Part shown: in pieces, positions 43,301 to 60,428 of the stretch
How positions within the stretch are numbered: position 1 is the stretch's first letter
How the letters are laid out: each line of letters begins with the position of its first letter
Source of the DNA: the human T2T-CHM13v2.0 reference genome, Homo sapiens
Direction: 5' to 3' (one strand)
Length of the DNA stretch: 64,000 bases
Assembly (NCBI RefSeq): GCF_009914755.1
Contig: NC_060925.1
Notes under the pieces: model-generated
The model's input: only the letters and a program-made list of their open reading frames with translations
Told to the model about the DNA's origin: nothing
Databases searched by the model: none
Position numbers and translations under genes: made by a program

Positions 43301-44669
43301 ATGTTCCCAGGATAATTATCTCTATATATACTTACATTCATTCACGAGAACACTACTTTCAATCTTATAATACTAATGCTTTCAAATTCACACCTCAATG
43401 CCAATATTCTCCTCTGACTTTAACATTTTCTGGATTGATAATCAATATAGTGGAGTTATTGTCATTCATAAAATTAAGATATAGGTCATTAGCTAATCTT
43501 GATAGTAAGACATTTACGTGTAATGTTACACAAGGATGTTTTGTTTTGTTATTGCCAATTAGTAGTCCAAGTTAATTGGAAGTTTTCTTTGTGGGGCATA
43601 GAATTATGTGGCTCAAACACATTTTCAAAATGACAATACAAGACAGAGTCATAATTAGTAAAATTTTATACCCCAAATTTCTCTTATTTCAATACATATT
43701 TAATTATGATGTGAGTGGGCTTCCTTTAAAAACAATCCAGAAAATTCTACTTAGGCTAACTTTATAATAAACAATATAACTGCTCTTTTCATATAATTTG
43801 TTTCAAAAAGCATATGTTAGTAACTGGAATTTTCAAGTAATTCTGAATTCTTCCAAAGCACAGGTCTACTAAAATGGCCCTACTAAGACCTCTGGTAAGA
43901 GAGCAGCAACAATTCAACTGCCTGAATGAAATGCCAAATGGCATAAAGTAAAATCGTTGTGTGTCGCCCCTGAGTTATTCACACATCAGCAGGAAGTGAA
44001 ATGAGGAGCCTGAATTCCATGTCCTTTACCACTTGCCCTCTGTGGCATTTATGAAAGAACCCCTCATAAGGAAAAATAACATCAATAATGATGATCTTAC
44101 GCCTCATCTCTTAAATATTCACAGCTCAGCAAAAGCCTAATAAGAAGAGTGGCCTTTATGTCCTCTTTCTAGATGTCCTTCCAATATCATTTGAGGAAAC
44201 CTTGTAAAAGACAAATAACAATCATGATAGAAAATTTATTTCGAAAGAAGGAAAGGAATGATGAGGAAGGTATTTGATAGAAATTTCAGTAGATGAGCTT
44301 TGATATTACCTCTTGTTTTGCTACTCCTCTTGGGAAGAACCAACCCTCAATTAGCGATTGAGTTTAAACTCCTCTGAACAAGTATTATTTCTCTGATTAC
44401 TCAGAAAGATCTATTTTCTTCCGATATTTTATTATTACTTGTCCAGCCAGAATTCCAAACCAACATTCCTTCTAAAATATCTCCTTGCTCCTCTTTTCAT
44501 TCTGCCAGTTTCACCAGCTTACTTTCATTCCCATTTCCCACTATTTTAACTGCCACTCTAATATATATGTCTCACTTATAACCCTCAGCCATCTCCAAAC
44601 CTTTCAGAGAATACCCATAATGGAAACATTACAGGATTAGGAATTAGGGCTCAGAATATCTCAGCTCTA

Positions 44670-44845
44670 ATCAGAGAAGCAATATAGTATATGTGTTTAA
44701 GAGTGAGGGCTAAAGAGATTAAATAAATAGATCCTACTCCCAGCTTTACCACTTACTAATTATGTGATGGTGGTGAACTTATTTAACCTCCCTGGGCCAA
44801 TTTCTTCATCTGTAAAATGGAGATAAAAACAACATATATCTCAGT
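44670..44845 (+). mobile_element. MIR, split by an Alu and the L1PA3 (rest at ~45150-45203 and ~51405-51440)
   Basis: 'cccagctttaccacttactaattatgtga...ttatttaacctc...tttcttcatctgtaaaatggagataa'. Confidence 0.8.
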
Positions 44846-45191
<346 letters not shown>

Positions 45192-45473
45192 CTACCTACT
45201 AACTGGGGAGCAGCCAAGATGGTAGCATAGGAACAGCTCTGGTCTACAGCTCCCAGCGTGAGTGACGCAGAAGATGGGTGATTTCTGCATTTCTATCTGA
45301 GGTACCGGGTTCATCTCACTAGGGAGTGCCAGACAGTGGGCGCAGGACAGTGGGTGCAGCGCACCGTGCACGAGCCGAAGCAGGGCGAGGCATTGCCTCA
45401 CTCGGGAAGTGCAAGGGGTCAGGGAGTTCTCTTTCCTAGTCAAAGAAAGGGGTGACAGACGGCACCTGGAAAA

Positions 45474-45656
45474 TCAGGTCACTCCCACCTGAATACTGCG
45501 CTTTTCCGACAGGCTTAAAAAACAGTGCACCAGGAGATTATATCCCACACCTGGCTCGGAGGGTCCTACGCCCACGGAGTCTCGCTGATTGCTAGCACAG
45601 CAGTCTGAGATCAAACTGCAAGGCGGCAGCAAGGCTGCGGGAGGGGCGCCCGCCAT
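45474..45656 (-). CDS. L1 ORF0 (antisense), truncated to 60 aa
   Basis: MAGAPPAALLPPCSLISDCCASNQRDSVGVGPSEPGVGY... matches primate L1 ORF0; premature TGA after VGVT. Confidence 0.75.
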   Translation of the reverse strand: MAGAPPAALLPPCSLISDCCASNQRDSVGVGPSEPGVGYNLLVHCFLSLSEKRSIQVGVT

Positions 45657-46239
45657 TACCCAGGCTTGCTTAGGTAGACAAAGCAGCAGGGAAGCTCGAA
45701 CTGGGTGGAGCCCACCACAGCTCAAGGAGGCCTGCCTGCCTCTGTAGGCTCCACCTCTGGGGGCAGGGCACAGACAAACAAAAAGACAGCAGTAACCTCT
45801 GCAGACTTAAATGTTCCTGTCTGACAGCTTTGAAGAGAGCAGTGCTTCTCCCAGCACACAGCTGGAGATCTGAGAATGGGCAGACTGTCTCCTCAAGTGG
45901 GTCCCTGACCCCTGACCCCTGAGCAGCCTAACTGGGAGGCACCCCCCAGCAGGGGCAGACTGACACCTCACAGGACCCGGTACTCCTCTGAGACAAAACT
46001 TCCAGAGAAACGATCAGACAGCAGCGTTCGCGGTTCATGAAAATCTGCTGTTCTGCAGCCACCGCTGCTGGTACCCAGGCAAACAGGGTCTGGAGTGGAC
46101 CCCTAGCAAACTCCAACAGGCCTGCAGCTGAGGGTCCTGTCTGTTAGAAGGAAAACTAACAAACAGAAAGGACATCCACGCCAAAAACCCATCTGTACAT
46201 TACCATCATCAAAGACTAAAAGTAGATAAAACCACAAAG

Positions 46240-47254
46240 ACGGGGGAAAAAACAGAGCAGAAAAACTGGAAACTCTAAGAAGCAGAGCGCCTCTCCTCCT
46301 CCAAAGGAACGCAGTTCCTCACCAGCAACGGAACAAAGCTGTACGGAGAATGACTTTGACGAGTTGAGAGAAGGCTTCAGATGATCAAACTACTCCGAGT
46401 TACAGGAGTAAATTCAAACCAAAGGCAAAGAAGTTAAAAACTTTGAAAAAAATTTAGATGAATGCATAACTAGAATAACCAATACAGAGAAGTGCTTAAA
46501 GGAGCTGATGGAGCTGAAAACCAAGGCTCGAGAACTACGTGAAGAATGCAGAAGCCTCAGGAGCCGATGTGATCAACTGGAAGAAAGGGTATCAGTGATG
46601 GAAGATGAAAAGAATGAAATGAAACGAGAAGGGAAGTTTAGAGAAAAGAGAATAAAAAGAAACGAACAAAGCCTCCAAGAAATATGGGACTATGTGAAAA
46701 GACCAAATCTACGTCTGACTGGTGTACCTGAAAGTGACGGGGAGAATGGAACCAAGTTGGAAAACACTCTGCAGGATATTATCCAGGAGAACTTCCCCAA
46801 TCTAGCAAGGCAGGCCAACATTCAGATTCAGGAAATACAGAGAACGCCACAAAGATACTCCTCGAGAACAGCAACTCCAAGACACATAATTGTCAGATTC
46901 ACCAAAGTTGAAATGAAGGAAAAAATGTTAAGGGCAGCCAGAGAGAAAGGTCGGGTTACCCACAAAGGGAAGCCCATCAGACTAACAGCGGATCTCCCGG
47001 CAGAAACTCTACAAGCCAGAAGAGAGTATGGGCCAATATTCAACATTCTTAAAGAAAAGAATTGTCAACCCAGAATTTCATATCCAGCCAAACTAAGCTT
47101 CATAAGTGAAGGAGAAATAAAATCCTTTACAGACAAGCAAATGCTGAGAGATTTTGTCACCACCAGGCCTGCCCTAAAAGAGCTCCTGAAGGAAGCACTA
47201 AACATGGAAAGGAACAACCAGTACCAGCCACTGCAAAATCATGCCAAATTGTAA
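46240..47254 (+). pseudogene. L1 ORF1p, inactivated
   Basis: ATG changed to ACG at 46240, with a +1 G and early stops; the C-terminal 248 aa (46508-47254) remain open. Confidence 0.92.
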
Positions 47255-47317
47255 AGACCATCGAGGCTAGGAAGAAACTGCATGAACTAACGAGCAAAAT
47301 AACCAGCTAACATCATA

Positions 47318-51160
<3,843 letters not shown>

Positions 51161-52665
51161 AATGAGAACACATGGACACAGGAAGGGGAACATCACACTC
51201 TAGGGACTGTTGTGGGGTGGGGGGACGGGGGAGGGATAGCATTAGGAGATATACCTAATGCTAAATGACGAGTTAATGGGTGTAGCACACCAGCATGGCA
51301 CATGTGTACATATGCAACTAACCTGCACATTGTGCACATGTACCCTAAAACTTAAAGTATAATAATAATAAAATAAAAAATAAAAAAAAAGAATTCTACC
51401 TATTAACCAAAATACTGAATACACATTGGCTATTTGTATTAGTGTGTGTGTGAGTTTGTGCATGTGTATATGGCACACACTATATTAGCTGCAACAGTCT
51501 CTGATGTTTCAGTTTCCTTGTCTGAAAAATAGAAGTTTAGATTGGACCATCACTAAAATTCCTTCTTGCTCCGAAATATCAGGAACATGAGTCTAATACA
51601 AATCTTCTATTTTTTGAATTCTAAGACTTTAATAGCAATCTGTTATTTAACTTGTATAGCAGATGAAATGGAAGATCATAAAACAAATAAATAGCAAAGC
51701 CTCTGTCCTTAAGAGTCTTAAAATATTTTGTTTTAAAAAGTAAAGATAAGTTTCAATTTGTTCCCTCAGATATATATCATTTTCTTCCTGTATTACTTGA
51801 TAAGGTTTTCAGGAAAATATAAAACACTAAGGAAATTTACTTATAGGATAAATGTTATGATAAACTATGAAATAAAATAAAGTCACATGATACGTTAAGT
51901 TTACCAACCAAATAAATTTGAAAATTGAATAAATAACATTTATGGTAAAAATACAATAAATTACACTTTTATTCACATTCAATTAATATTTACTGAGCTG
52001 CTTCTATTTGCTGAGCGTAACAATAAATTAGAAAAGGCTTTAGTGTAAACATTTAGAGAGGAAAGGAGACAGGAAATGGCTTGCCACCTCAGGACAAAGG
52101 GAAAACTGCGTTGGCCAAAACTGGCCTGAGGGAAACAGAAGTGCTACCTCAGATGGAGATTAATCAATCTGAAATTAAGAGAAAAAGATCCTTAGATGTG
52201 GTAAAGAGGTGAGCAAAGCTTTGTTTTAAAAATCCAGATATCATTTTTATTACTGGTGTTATTAAAATCAAAGTTCTAAACCTCAAAAAAAGCTTAAAAA
52301 CATTTGGTTCCCTAAAGCCACAAATAGTCTCATAGAACATAGCATAATTTAGGTATTAAAAAGTCCTCATTATTTGAAACAAGATAAAACAGAGATGTGC
52401 TCTAGCTAGGATTTAGAAAATATGTTAAGGAAAATCCAAATGGGGGCAAAAATGAGACCCTCGAATAAAAGAGTTGCTGAAACATTTAGAGAAGTAGATT
52501 TCCCCTTCTTTTTAATGAAATAAGAAAATAAGAAATTATTCTTTATTTAAATATTTGTTTACAATTTGTTAATTTCAACTACATTTCAAAAAATGTTAAT
52601 TATGTTACTTTAAAAAATAAATTTTAAACGAGGGTATTGGACTAGATGATCTCTAAGAAATTTTC

Positions 52666-54996
52666 TGTGTTAGTCCATTTTCATACTGCTATAAAGAGCT
52701 ACCTAATACTGGGTAATTTATAAGGAAAAGAGGTTTAATTGAATCACAGTTCCATATGGCTGGGGAGGCATCAGGAAAATTACAATCATGGCAGAAGGCG
52801 AAGGGGAAGCAAGGCACATCTTACATGGTGGCAGGAGAGATAAAGGGAGAGTGAGGTGGGAAGTGCCACACTTCAAAACCATCAGCTCTCATGAGAACTC
52901 ACTCACTATCATGAGAACAGCAAGGGAGAAATCCACCCCCATGATCCAATTATCTCCCACCAGGCCCCTCCTCCAACATGTGGGAATTACAATTCAAAAT
53001 GAGATTTGGGAGGGGACACAGAGCCAAGCCATATCATTCTGTCCCTGGCCCCTCCAAAATCTCATGTCCTTTTCACATTTCAATATCAATCATGCCTTCC
53101 CAACAGTCCCCCAAAGTCTTAACTCATTCCAGCATTAACTCAAAAGTCCAAGTTCTGAGACAAGGCAAGTCCCTTCCACCTATAAGCCTGTAAAATCAAA
53201 AACAAGTTAGTTACTTCCAAGATGCAATGGGGGTACAGGCATTGGGTAAATGTTTCCATTCCAAATGGGAGAAATTGGCCAAAACAAAGAGGCCACAGGC
53301 CCCATGCCAATCTGAAACCCAGTGGGGCAGTCATTAAATCTTAAAGCTCTAAAATGATCTTCTTTGACTCCATGCCTCATATCCAGCACACACTGATGCA
53401 AGAGGTGGGTTCCTACAGCCTCAGACAGCTCCACTTCTGTGACTCTGCAGTGTACAGTCCCTGTGGCTGCTTTCACTAGCTGGCATTGAGTGCCTGTGGC
53501 TTTTCCAGGTGCACAGTGCAAGCCGTTGGTGTATCTACCATTCTAGGGTCTGGAGGATGGTGGCCCTCTTCTTACAGCTCCCCTAGGCAACATTGCCCTC
53601 TGCATTGCCCTCCCCTCTGCATTGCCCTAATGAAGGTTCTCCACAAGGGTTCCACCCCAGCAGCAGACTTCTGTCTGGACATCTAGGTGTTTCCATACAT
53701 CCTTTGAAAGCTAGGTGGAGGCTCCCAAAGCTCAACTCTTGCCTTCTGCACAACTGTAAGCCCAACACCACGTGAAAGCTGCACAGGTTTGGGGCTTGCA
53801 CCTTCTGAAGCAACAGCCCAAGCTGTTCCTTGGCCCCTTTTAGCCACAACTGGAGCTGGACCAGCCAGGACACAGGGCACCATGTCCAGAGGTTTCACAG
53901 AGCAGCAAGGCCATGGGCCTGGCCCACAAAACCACTTTTTCCTCCCAGGCCTCCAGGCCTGTGATAGGAGGCTATGCCATGTAGATCTCTGAAATGCCCT
54001 GGAGACATTTTCCCCATTGTCTTGGCTATTAGTATTTGGCTTTTCTTTACTTATGCAAATTCTAACAGCAAGCAGCTTAAATTTCTTCCCATAAAATGGG
54101 TTTTTCTTTTTTCTCATCACACAATCAAGCTGCACATTTTCCAAACTTTTACGCTCTACTTCCCTTTTAAACATAAGCTCTAATTTCAGACAATCTCTTT
54201 GTGAACACACATGATTGTATGCTTCAGAAAAAGCTGGAATGCTTTGCTGCTTAGAAATTTCTTCTGTCAGACACCCTAAGTCATCTCTTTGAATTCAAAG
54301 TTCCATGTCTAGGATCTCTAGGGCAGGGGCAAAATGCTGCTAATCTCTTTGCTAAAGCATAGGAAGAGTGACCTTTGCTCCAGTTCCTGGTAAGTTTCTC
54401 CTCTTCATCTGAGACTACCCCAGCCTGGGCTTCATTGTTCATATCACTATCAGCATTTTGGTCACAATCATTCAACTAGTCTCTAGGAAGTTCCAAACTT
54501 CCCCACATATTCCTTTCTTCTTCTGAGCCCTCCAAACTGTTCCAACCTCTGCCTGCTTCCCAGTTCCAAAGTCACTTCCACATTTTCAGGTATCTTTATA
54601 GCAGTGCCCCAAACTCCCAGTACCAATTTTTCCATATTAGTCCTTTTTCACACTGTGACAAAGAACTACCTGAGAGTGGGTAATTTATAAAGAAAATAGG
54701 TTTAATTGCCTCACAGTTCCACATGGCTGGGGAGGCCTCAGGAAACTTACAATCATGGCGGAAGGTGAAGGGGAAGCAAGGCACACTTTACATAGTGGCA
54801 GGAGAGATGGTCAGGGGCAGGAAGTACCACACTTTAAAACCATCAGTTCTCATGAGAACTCACTTACTATCGTAAGAACAGCAAGGGAGAAATCCACTCC
54901 ATGATCCAATCATCTCCCACCAGGCCTCTCTTCCAACATGTGGAGATTACAATTCAACCTGAGATTTGGGTGGGAATGCAGAGCCAAACCATACCA
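52666..54996 (-). mobile_element. Complete THE1D-like MaLR provirus (LTR 52666-53036, internal 53037-54632, LTR 54633-54996), inserted in a MIR 3' end
   Basis: Two direct LTRs, ~1.6-kb internal region, 5-bp TSD ttttc/gtttc; left flank 'ttggactagatgatctctaag' is MIR-like. Confidence 0.93.
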
Positions 54997-55564
54997 GTTT
55001 CTATTTCTAAAGTTACATAAACTTATTTAGTAATAAAATAATAATATGAAAATACTAAAACAACAATATGACAACATTTTCAAATATGGTATTTCTCCTA
55101 CAAAGGAAACTTTACAAGGCTCTATTCAAGACAGCAAATCAAATGCCTGTTGCTAAGAGAATCTGAGAATATTTGTCATTCTGTCCTTGATATAGACAAG
55201 AAAATTATTTCACACCTAAGTTAATGAAGTAAGTCTCCAAGATAACTTCTGTTTGAAAAAAATGCAGGATGGGCATATGTCTGTGTGTGTAGAGGGAGTG
55301 ATATTGAATAATTAATTTTTGTTTTGTTCTGTTTTTAAATGAAAATAAATAGATCTTAAGCTGAATTGAACAGATATCAAATGTTTTACTCTTATTCTAT
55401 TAATTTTCCAAAATTCAGAGAAAAGAAGCACAAACAAAAGAAATGATTTATCTTTAAAGAAGGTAACTATTGACTTAAAGTCAAAAGTTTTGATTGGTTT
55501 AGAGTCGATCAGCCTTTTTGAAAAGCAGAAACTTTTTAACTGTTAAAAAAACTTTATTTTGGGA

Positions 55565-55735
55565 TAAATGTTTCCCTTCCAAATGGGAGAAATTGGCCAA
55601 AACAAAGAGGCCACAGGCCCCATGCCAGTCTGAAACCCAGTGGGGCAGTCATTAAATCTTAAAGCTCTAAAATGATCTTCTTTGACTCCATGCCTCACAT
55701 CCAGCACACACCGATGCAAGAGGTGGGTTCCTACA
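55565..55735 (-). repeat. 171-bp local duplicate of THE1D internal sequence 53247-53417
   Basis: Direct comparison shows 4 substitutions and no indels. Confidence 0.95.
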
Positions 55736-56024
55736 ATAGAAAAAAGCTTTCATTTTCTTTCTGTTCTGAATCCTACTGTTCTTGATATTGTATTATTTCA
55801 ATAACATTCATAGAGAGGCCTTAATTACTTAGCTCTGTTATGCTTCCCAAATATATCATGGAAATTAGACAGTGGTTGAATTTAGGTCATGTGAAGGATT
55901 ATTTTCTACATGGGTAGAAGATAGGAAATACTTTAATTGATATTTTATTGTAAATGTGCAGTGACTAATGTACAATAATAGGGATTCTGGAGACCTAGGA
56001 TTAGGTTCTGGTCTTGACACCAGG

Positions 56025-56400
56025 ATCATTCATTCAGTCATCAAATACTTAATAAATATCTATTAATAGTATCTATTATGTGTCCTTGCTCCTATGGAGT
56101 TTTCAGTCTCTGAGAGATAGGAATGAAGGGACAACAGACAATAAACAGATACATAATTATAAGTTGCAACAAGTAAAGAGAAGTAAATAACAATGCATAA
56201 AGAGAGAGAATAACAGGAAGAGGAACTCTTATGGAGTAGTGAAAAACTGGCAACTCAGAAGTGATGATACTTGGCTGAAACCTGATATATAAAATGAATC
56301 TAGCCTTGCAAATAGGGCAAAAATAGCTCCAGGCAGAGGAAACCACATCTATAGTAGCTCCGAGACAAGATAGAGTTTGGCACTTTCAAACAATTACAGA
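56025..56400 (-). mobile_element. L2 3' fragment
   Basis: 'tcattcattcagtcatcaaatactt', 'tccttgctcctatggagttttcagtct'. Confidence 0.65.
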
Positions 56401-56591
56401 AAAGTGTGCATCACACATACTGCATAGAAAATGTCTTATCTAAGACCAGTTAATTGTTCGGGGTCTAAAGAAATAATCTGAATGGGCTACTACAGAGTTG
56501 ACTCAGAGCTCAATGGACTGTGATCATTTCTATGAACCCTCTGAGGGCAAGGTACTCTACGTTGAGATGATTTTTGGCCAAGTCTAAAATA

Positions 56592-57457
56592 TGGTCATCT
56601 GTCACTTAACATCATGAATCACTTCTGAGAAATGTGTCATTAGGGGATTCCATCATTGTGTGAATGTCATAGAGTATACTTACAAAAACCTATATGAGAT
56701 CGCCTACTACCCACCTAGGCTACACTATATAGCCCAGGGGTCCCCAGTCCCCAGGTCACAGATGGTACCAGTCCATGGCCTGTTAGGAACTGAGCTGCAC
56801 AGTGAGGGGTGAGCAGCAGGTGAGCCAGTGAAGCTTCATCTGTATTTATAGCTGTTCCCCATTTCTCACATTACCACCTGAGCTCTGCCTCCTGTCAGAT
56901 TGGCAGTGGCATTAGATTCCCATAGGAGTGCAAACCCTATTGTGAACTGCACATGCAGGGGATCTACGTTGTATGCTTCTTATGAGAATCTAATGCCTGA
57001 TGATCTGTTGCTGTCTCCCATCACCCCCAGATGGGACTGTCTGGTTGCAGGAAAATAAGCTCAGGCCTCCCACTGATTCTACATGATGATGAGTTCTATA
57101 ATTATTTCATTATATGTTACAATGTAAAAATAGAAATGAAATGCCAAATGAATATAATGTGCTTGGATCATCCCAAAACCATTCCCCTCCCAAAGTCCGT
57201 GGAAAAATTGTCTCCCAAGAAACCAGTCCCTGGTACCAAAAAGGTTGGGGACCACTGGTATAGCCCATTGCTTCTAGGTAAACCAGTACAACATATTGCT
57301 GTACTGAACACTGTAGGTAATTGGAACACAATGCTAAGTATTTGTGTATCTAAACATAGAAAAGGTAAAGTAAAAACAACGTAGTATAATATTAGGGGAT
57401 CACCATTGCATACGTGGTCCACATTTGACCAAAATGTCATCATGCAGTACACGATTG
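56592..57457. mobile_element. Tigger3a-like MITE with nested MER1A
   Basis: Degenerate TIRs 'tggtcatctgtcacttaac' and 'gtcatcatgcagtacacgattg' with TA flanks. Confidence 0.85.
56735..57257 (+). mobile_element. MER1A (hAT-Charlie)
   Basis: TIRs 'caggggtcccca' and 'ttggggaccactg', 523 bp, 8-bp TSD (a/g)tatagcc. Confidence 0.93.
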
Positions 57458-57797
57458 TAAAATTAACAAAGTACTGAGTTAATTTGTGTCTGAATTTTAA
57501 AATGACTGTCCAAATAATCCGGATTTTCAAAAAATCAACTGCCATCATTCATATTTAGTCTTCTGGAGTCACTCAATTGTGCATTAATGTGTTGGCAGTA
57601 ACTAGAAATACTTGAACTTTAATTATTTTTTTAAAAAATCATTTATTTCCCTAAGATGAAATCTGTCATGTGATAATCAGATGTATGTGACATTTTTCTG
57701 TAGTTATAGCAATAATTTATATGTTCTGTGGTGAAATAACCTGATGACATATATACAACTTGCTAAAAAGTGTACAAGTCAAATGTCTAAGAAATAA

Positions 57798-58091
<294 letters not shown>

Positions 58092-59884
58092 TGATAGCTG
58101 TTCTCCAATCCAAAATAAAAGTACCCTTTCCTTACTAAAAATAAGCCCAGAATTTATACATGAATTTAGAGAGTAATTATTTTAAAAAAAACATAAATTC
58201 ATGTGTGTGAGGAGAGGAGGAGTCAGAAAGCTTTAATGAACTGAAAATAAAAATATTCAGAATTTTTGCTCCTTAACTCTTGCTTCACTAACAAAAGTGT
58301 GTCTAGAACCAAAATAGTTAGATGAAAAAGAAAAACATAGAGCCAGCTCTCAGATATTCTGTCTTTACGCTCACCCTGTAACCATGGAATACAGGATGCA
58401 AGGTCAATAACTAGGTTTTTCATTTGTTTGTTTGTTTGGTTGGTTGTTTTTAAGACAGGAAATTTTCAGGCGTAAGTCCTTAAAAAATCAGAAGCAGCAC
58501 TAAACAGTTATCTATGTTTTAGCAGGTAGAAGCTTTAGATGGAATGGCCTGCCTTTGTTAGCACAGTGAGTCTCCATCATATCTTAGGTGATGGCATGAA
58601 TGAAATAACAAATGGAGTACATTGGCAAGTCAAGAACACAAAAGACAACTTAAAAAAATTTGCCAAAGATACTGACAAAAAATAAGTAGATTTTAATATT
58701 CAAGGAAGGATATTTACAACCAATAACAACTTAGGTCTCCAACTATTTTAACAGTAGATGTACTCACTTTTAATAGTAAGCAAAATAAATAATTTGTACC
58801 TACTAAATTAGGAATATTAATCCTTTACTCAGCTTCATTACACACTAACCCATATAAAGAGTTAACAAAAAACAAGAGGTGATATTATTATATGTTCAAT
58901 ACGCTTAGGTATTTGATCTCCAATAAGGACACTAAAATTCACACTAATTAGAATTTCAGCTCCACATGAAGATGTTAAATTGTAAAATTAAAAAAAAATA
59001 AAGTTAATAAAACATCAGAAAAATAGTGAGTCAACAATGTCTCTCTAATATTTGTCTATTATTTTAATAAATAATCTATTCTTCCTATAAATCACTACAT
59101 AAAACCTATAATAGCTCTGATGTTCTCATATCTCAGCCTAAGGAGGAATGAATAATGCATTGGATATCTAGCGATATGAAGAATCATTATCATTTACAGC
59201 AATTACTGACATAAATAAACAGAATGCTACATTTAACCACTGGTAGATATTAATGGATTCGTTCATTTAAAATTGCTTATGTCTTTAACAAAGGCATTTA
59301 GGATATCTTTGTGAATTAAGTGATTTTCTTTGCTCACCTACAAATGGCTTCTTTTTTCTAGGCTTTCCATAAAAAACACACTGGGACAATAGCTTTTTTA
59401 ATTAATAAGGTTGGTCTCTCTATAGAAGAAATATTTATAATTTATGAAAAGAGCATCTTTCTTTACACTGTTTTATGACACATTATTGATCAATATCTGA
59501 AGAATAATTATTGAGACAGTTACTCAAAACCTTCTACACTCTCATTGTCTTTATCCATGTAATCTTGCCACTATTGTTCATTGAAGAGAGAAAAGTTTGT
59601 AAAAGATGCTTTGAAATATTGTTAGAGTTTTGTTCTCTCCAAAAACTAAAATATGTGTCTCCACATGCTCATTCAAGTTTGTATGTATGGATAGCACAGA
59701 ATAGAAAGATTAATTCTATCTCCAGTGGTCAGGGAGAGACACATTCAAGAACAGTGTAATTCTTTACATGGGTTAGTGCATACAGAAGCTGAGTAAAGAA
59801 TTGATATTCCTAATTTAGTAGGTACGACTTACTTATTCTGCTTATTATTAAAGGCAAGTAAATCTACTTTTTTAAAAAAAAAAA

Positions 59885-60428
59885 GTGATCTAAGTTATTT
59901 GTTCTTAACACTTGCTTCATATCAAATTTCCTTTTCTTCCTTGCTGGAAGAGCCTAGATTTTGTGCAGTATATACCCTCCTCTTTTACCACTCCAAAGTA
60001 AATACTTTTAATTCAAAGCCATCGTAGTAACCCCATTCCCCTCTCCAGGGATTGGCTTAGTCAGGGTTTGTGACCTAACCCTGGCAAATGAGCTATGAGG
60101 GGAAGTCTCCTGGGGCTTCTGGGTATAGTTTCTCTACTCTGAAAAAGACACATGGAAAAGATAGATCCTTTTCAGCAGGAAATTATTGTGACTGGTTGTG
60201 ATACCATCTTGCCACCATCAGATAAACAGCTTGAGGTCGAAGTTGATATGCTGAGGATCAAAGAATTTTGAGACAGCAAGAATCTAGGATCTCAGTGATG
60301 TCACTAAGATGTGAATTAACCAATCCAGGAAACTCTAGGTTTCATGATACATTTCCTTATTGTTTAAGTTACGTGAGTTGAAGATTTCCTGTTACTTATA
60401 GTTGGAAGATTAAAATTAATTGAATACA
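59885..60428 (+). mobile_element. LTR16-like ERVL solo LTR
   Basis: 'ccccattcccctctccagggattggcttag', 'gggaagtctcctggggcttctggg', end 'ttccttattgtttaag...gttacttatagttg...aataca'. Confidence 0.65.

Noticed and set aside
44173-44269. Possible 97-nt + strand exon (MSFQYHLRKPCKRQ...)
   Set aside because: Moderate splice sites and an unrecognised peptide; such pseudo-exons are common.
52788-54784. Cluster of 60-175 aa ORFs
   Set aside because: All lie within the THE1D LTR/internal sequence and are fragmentary frames of a non-autonomous MaLR.
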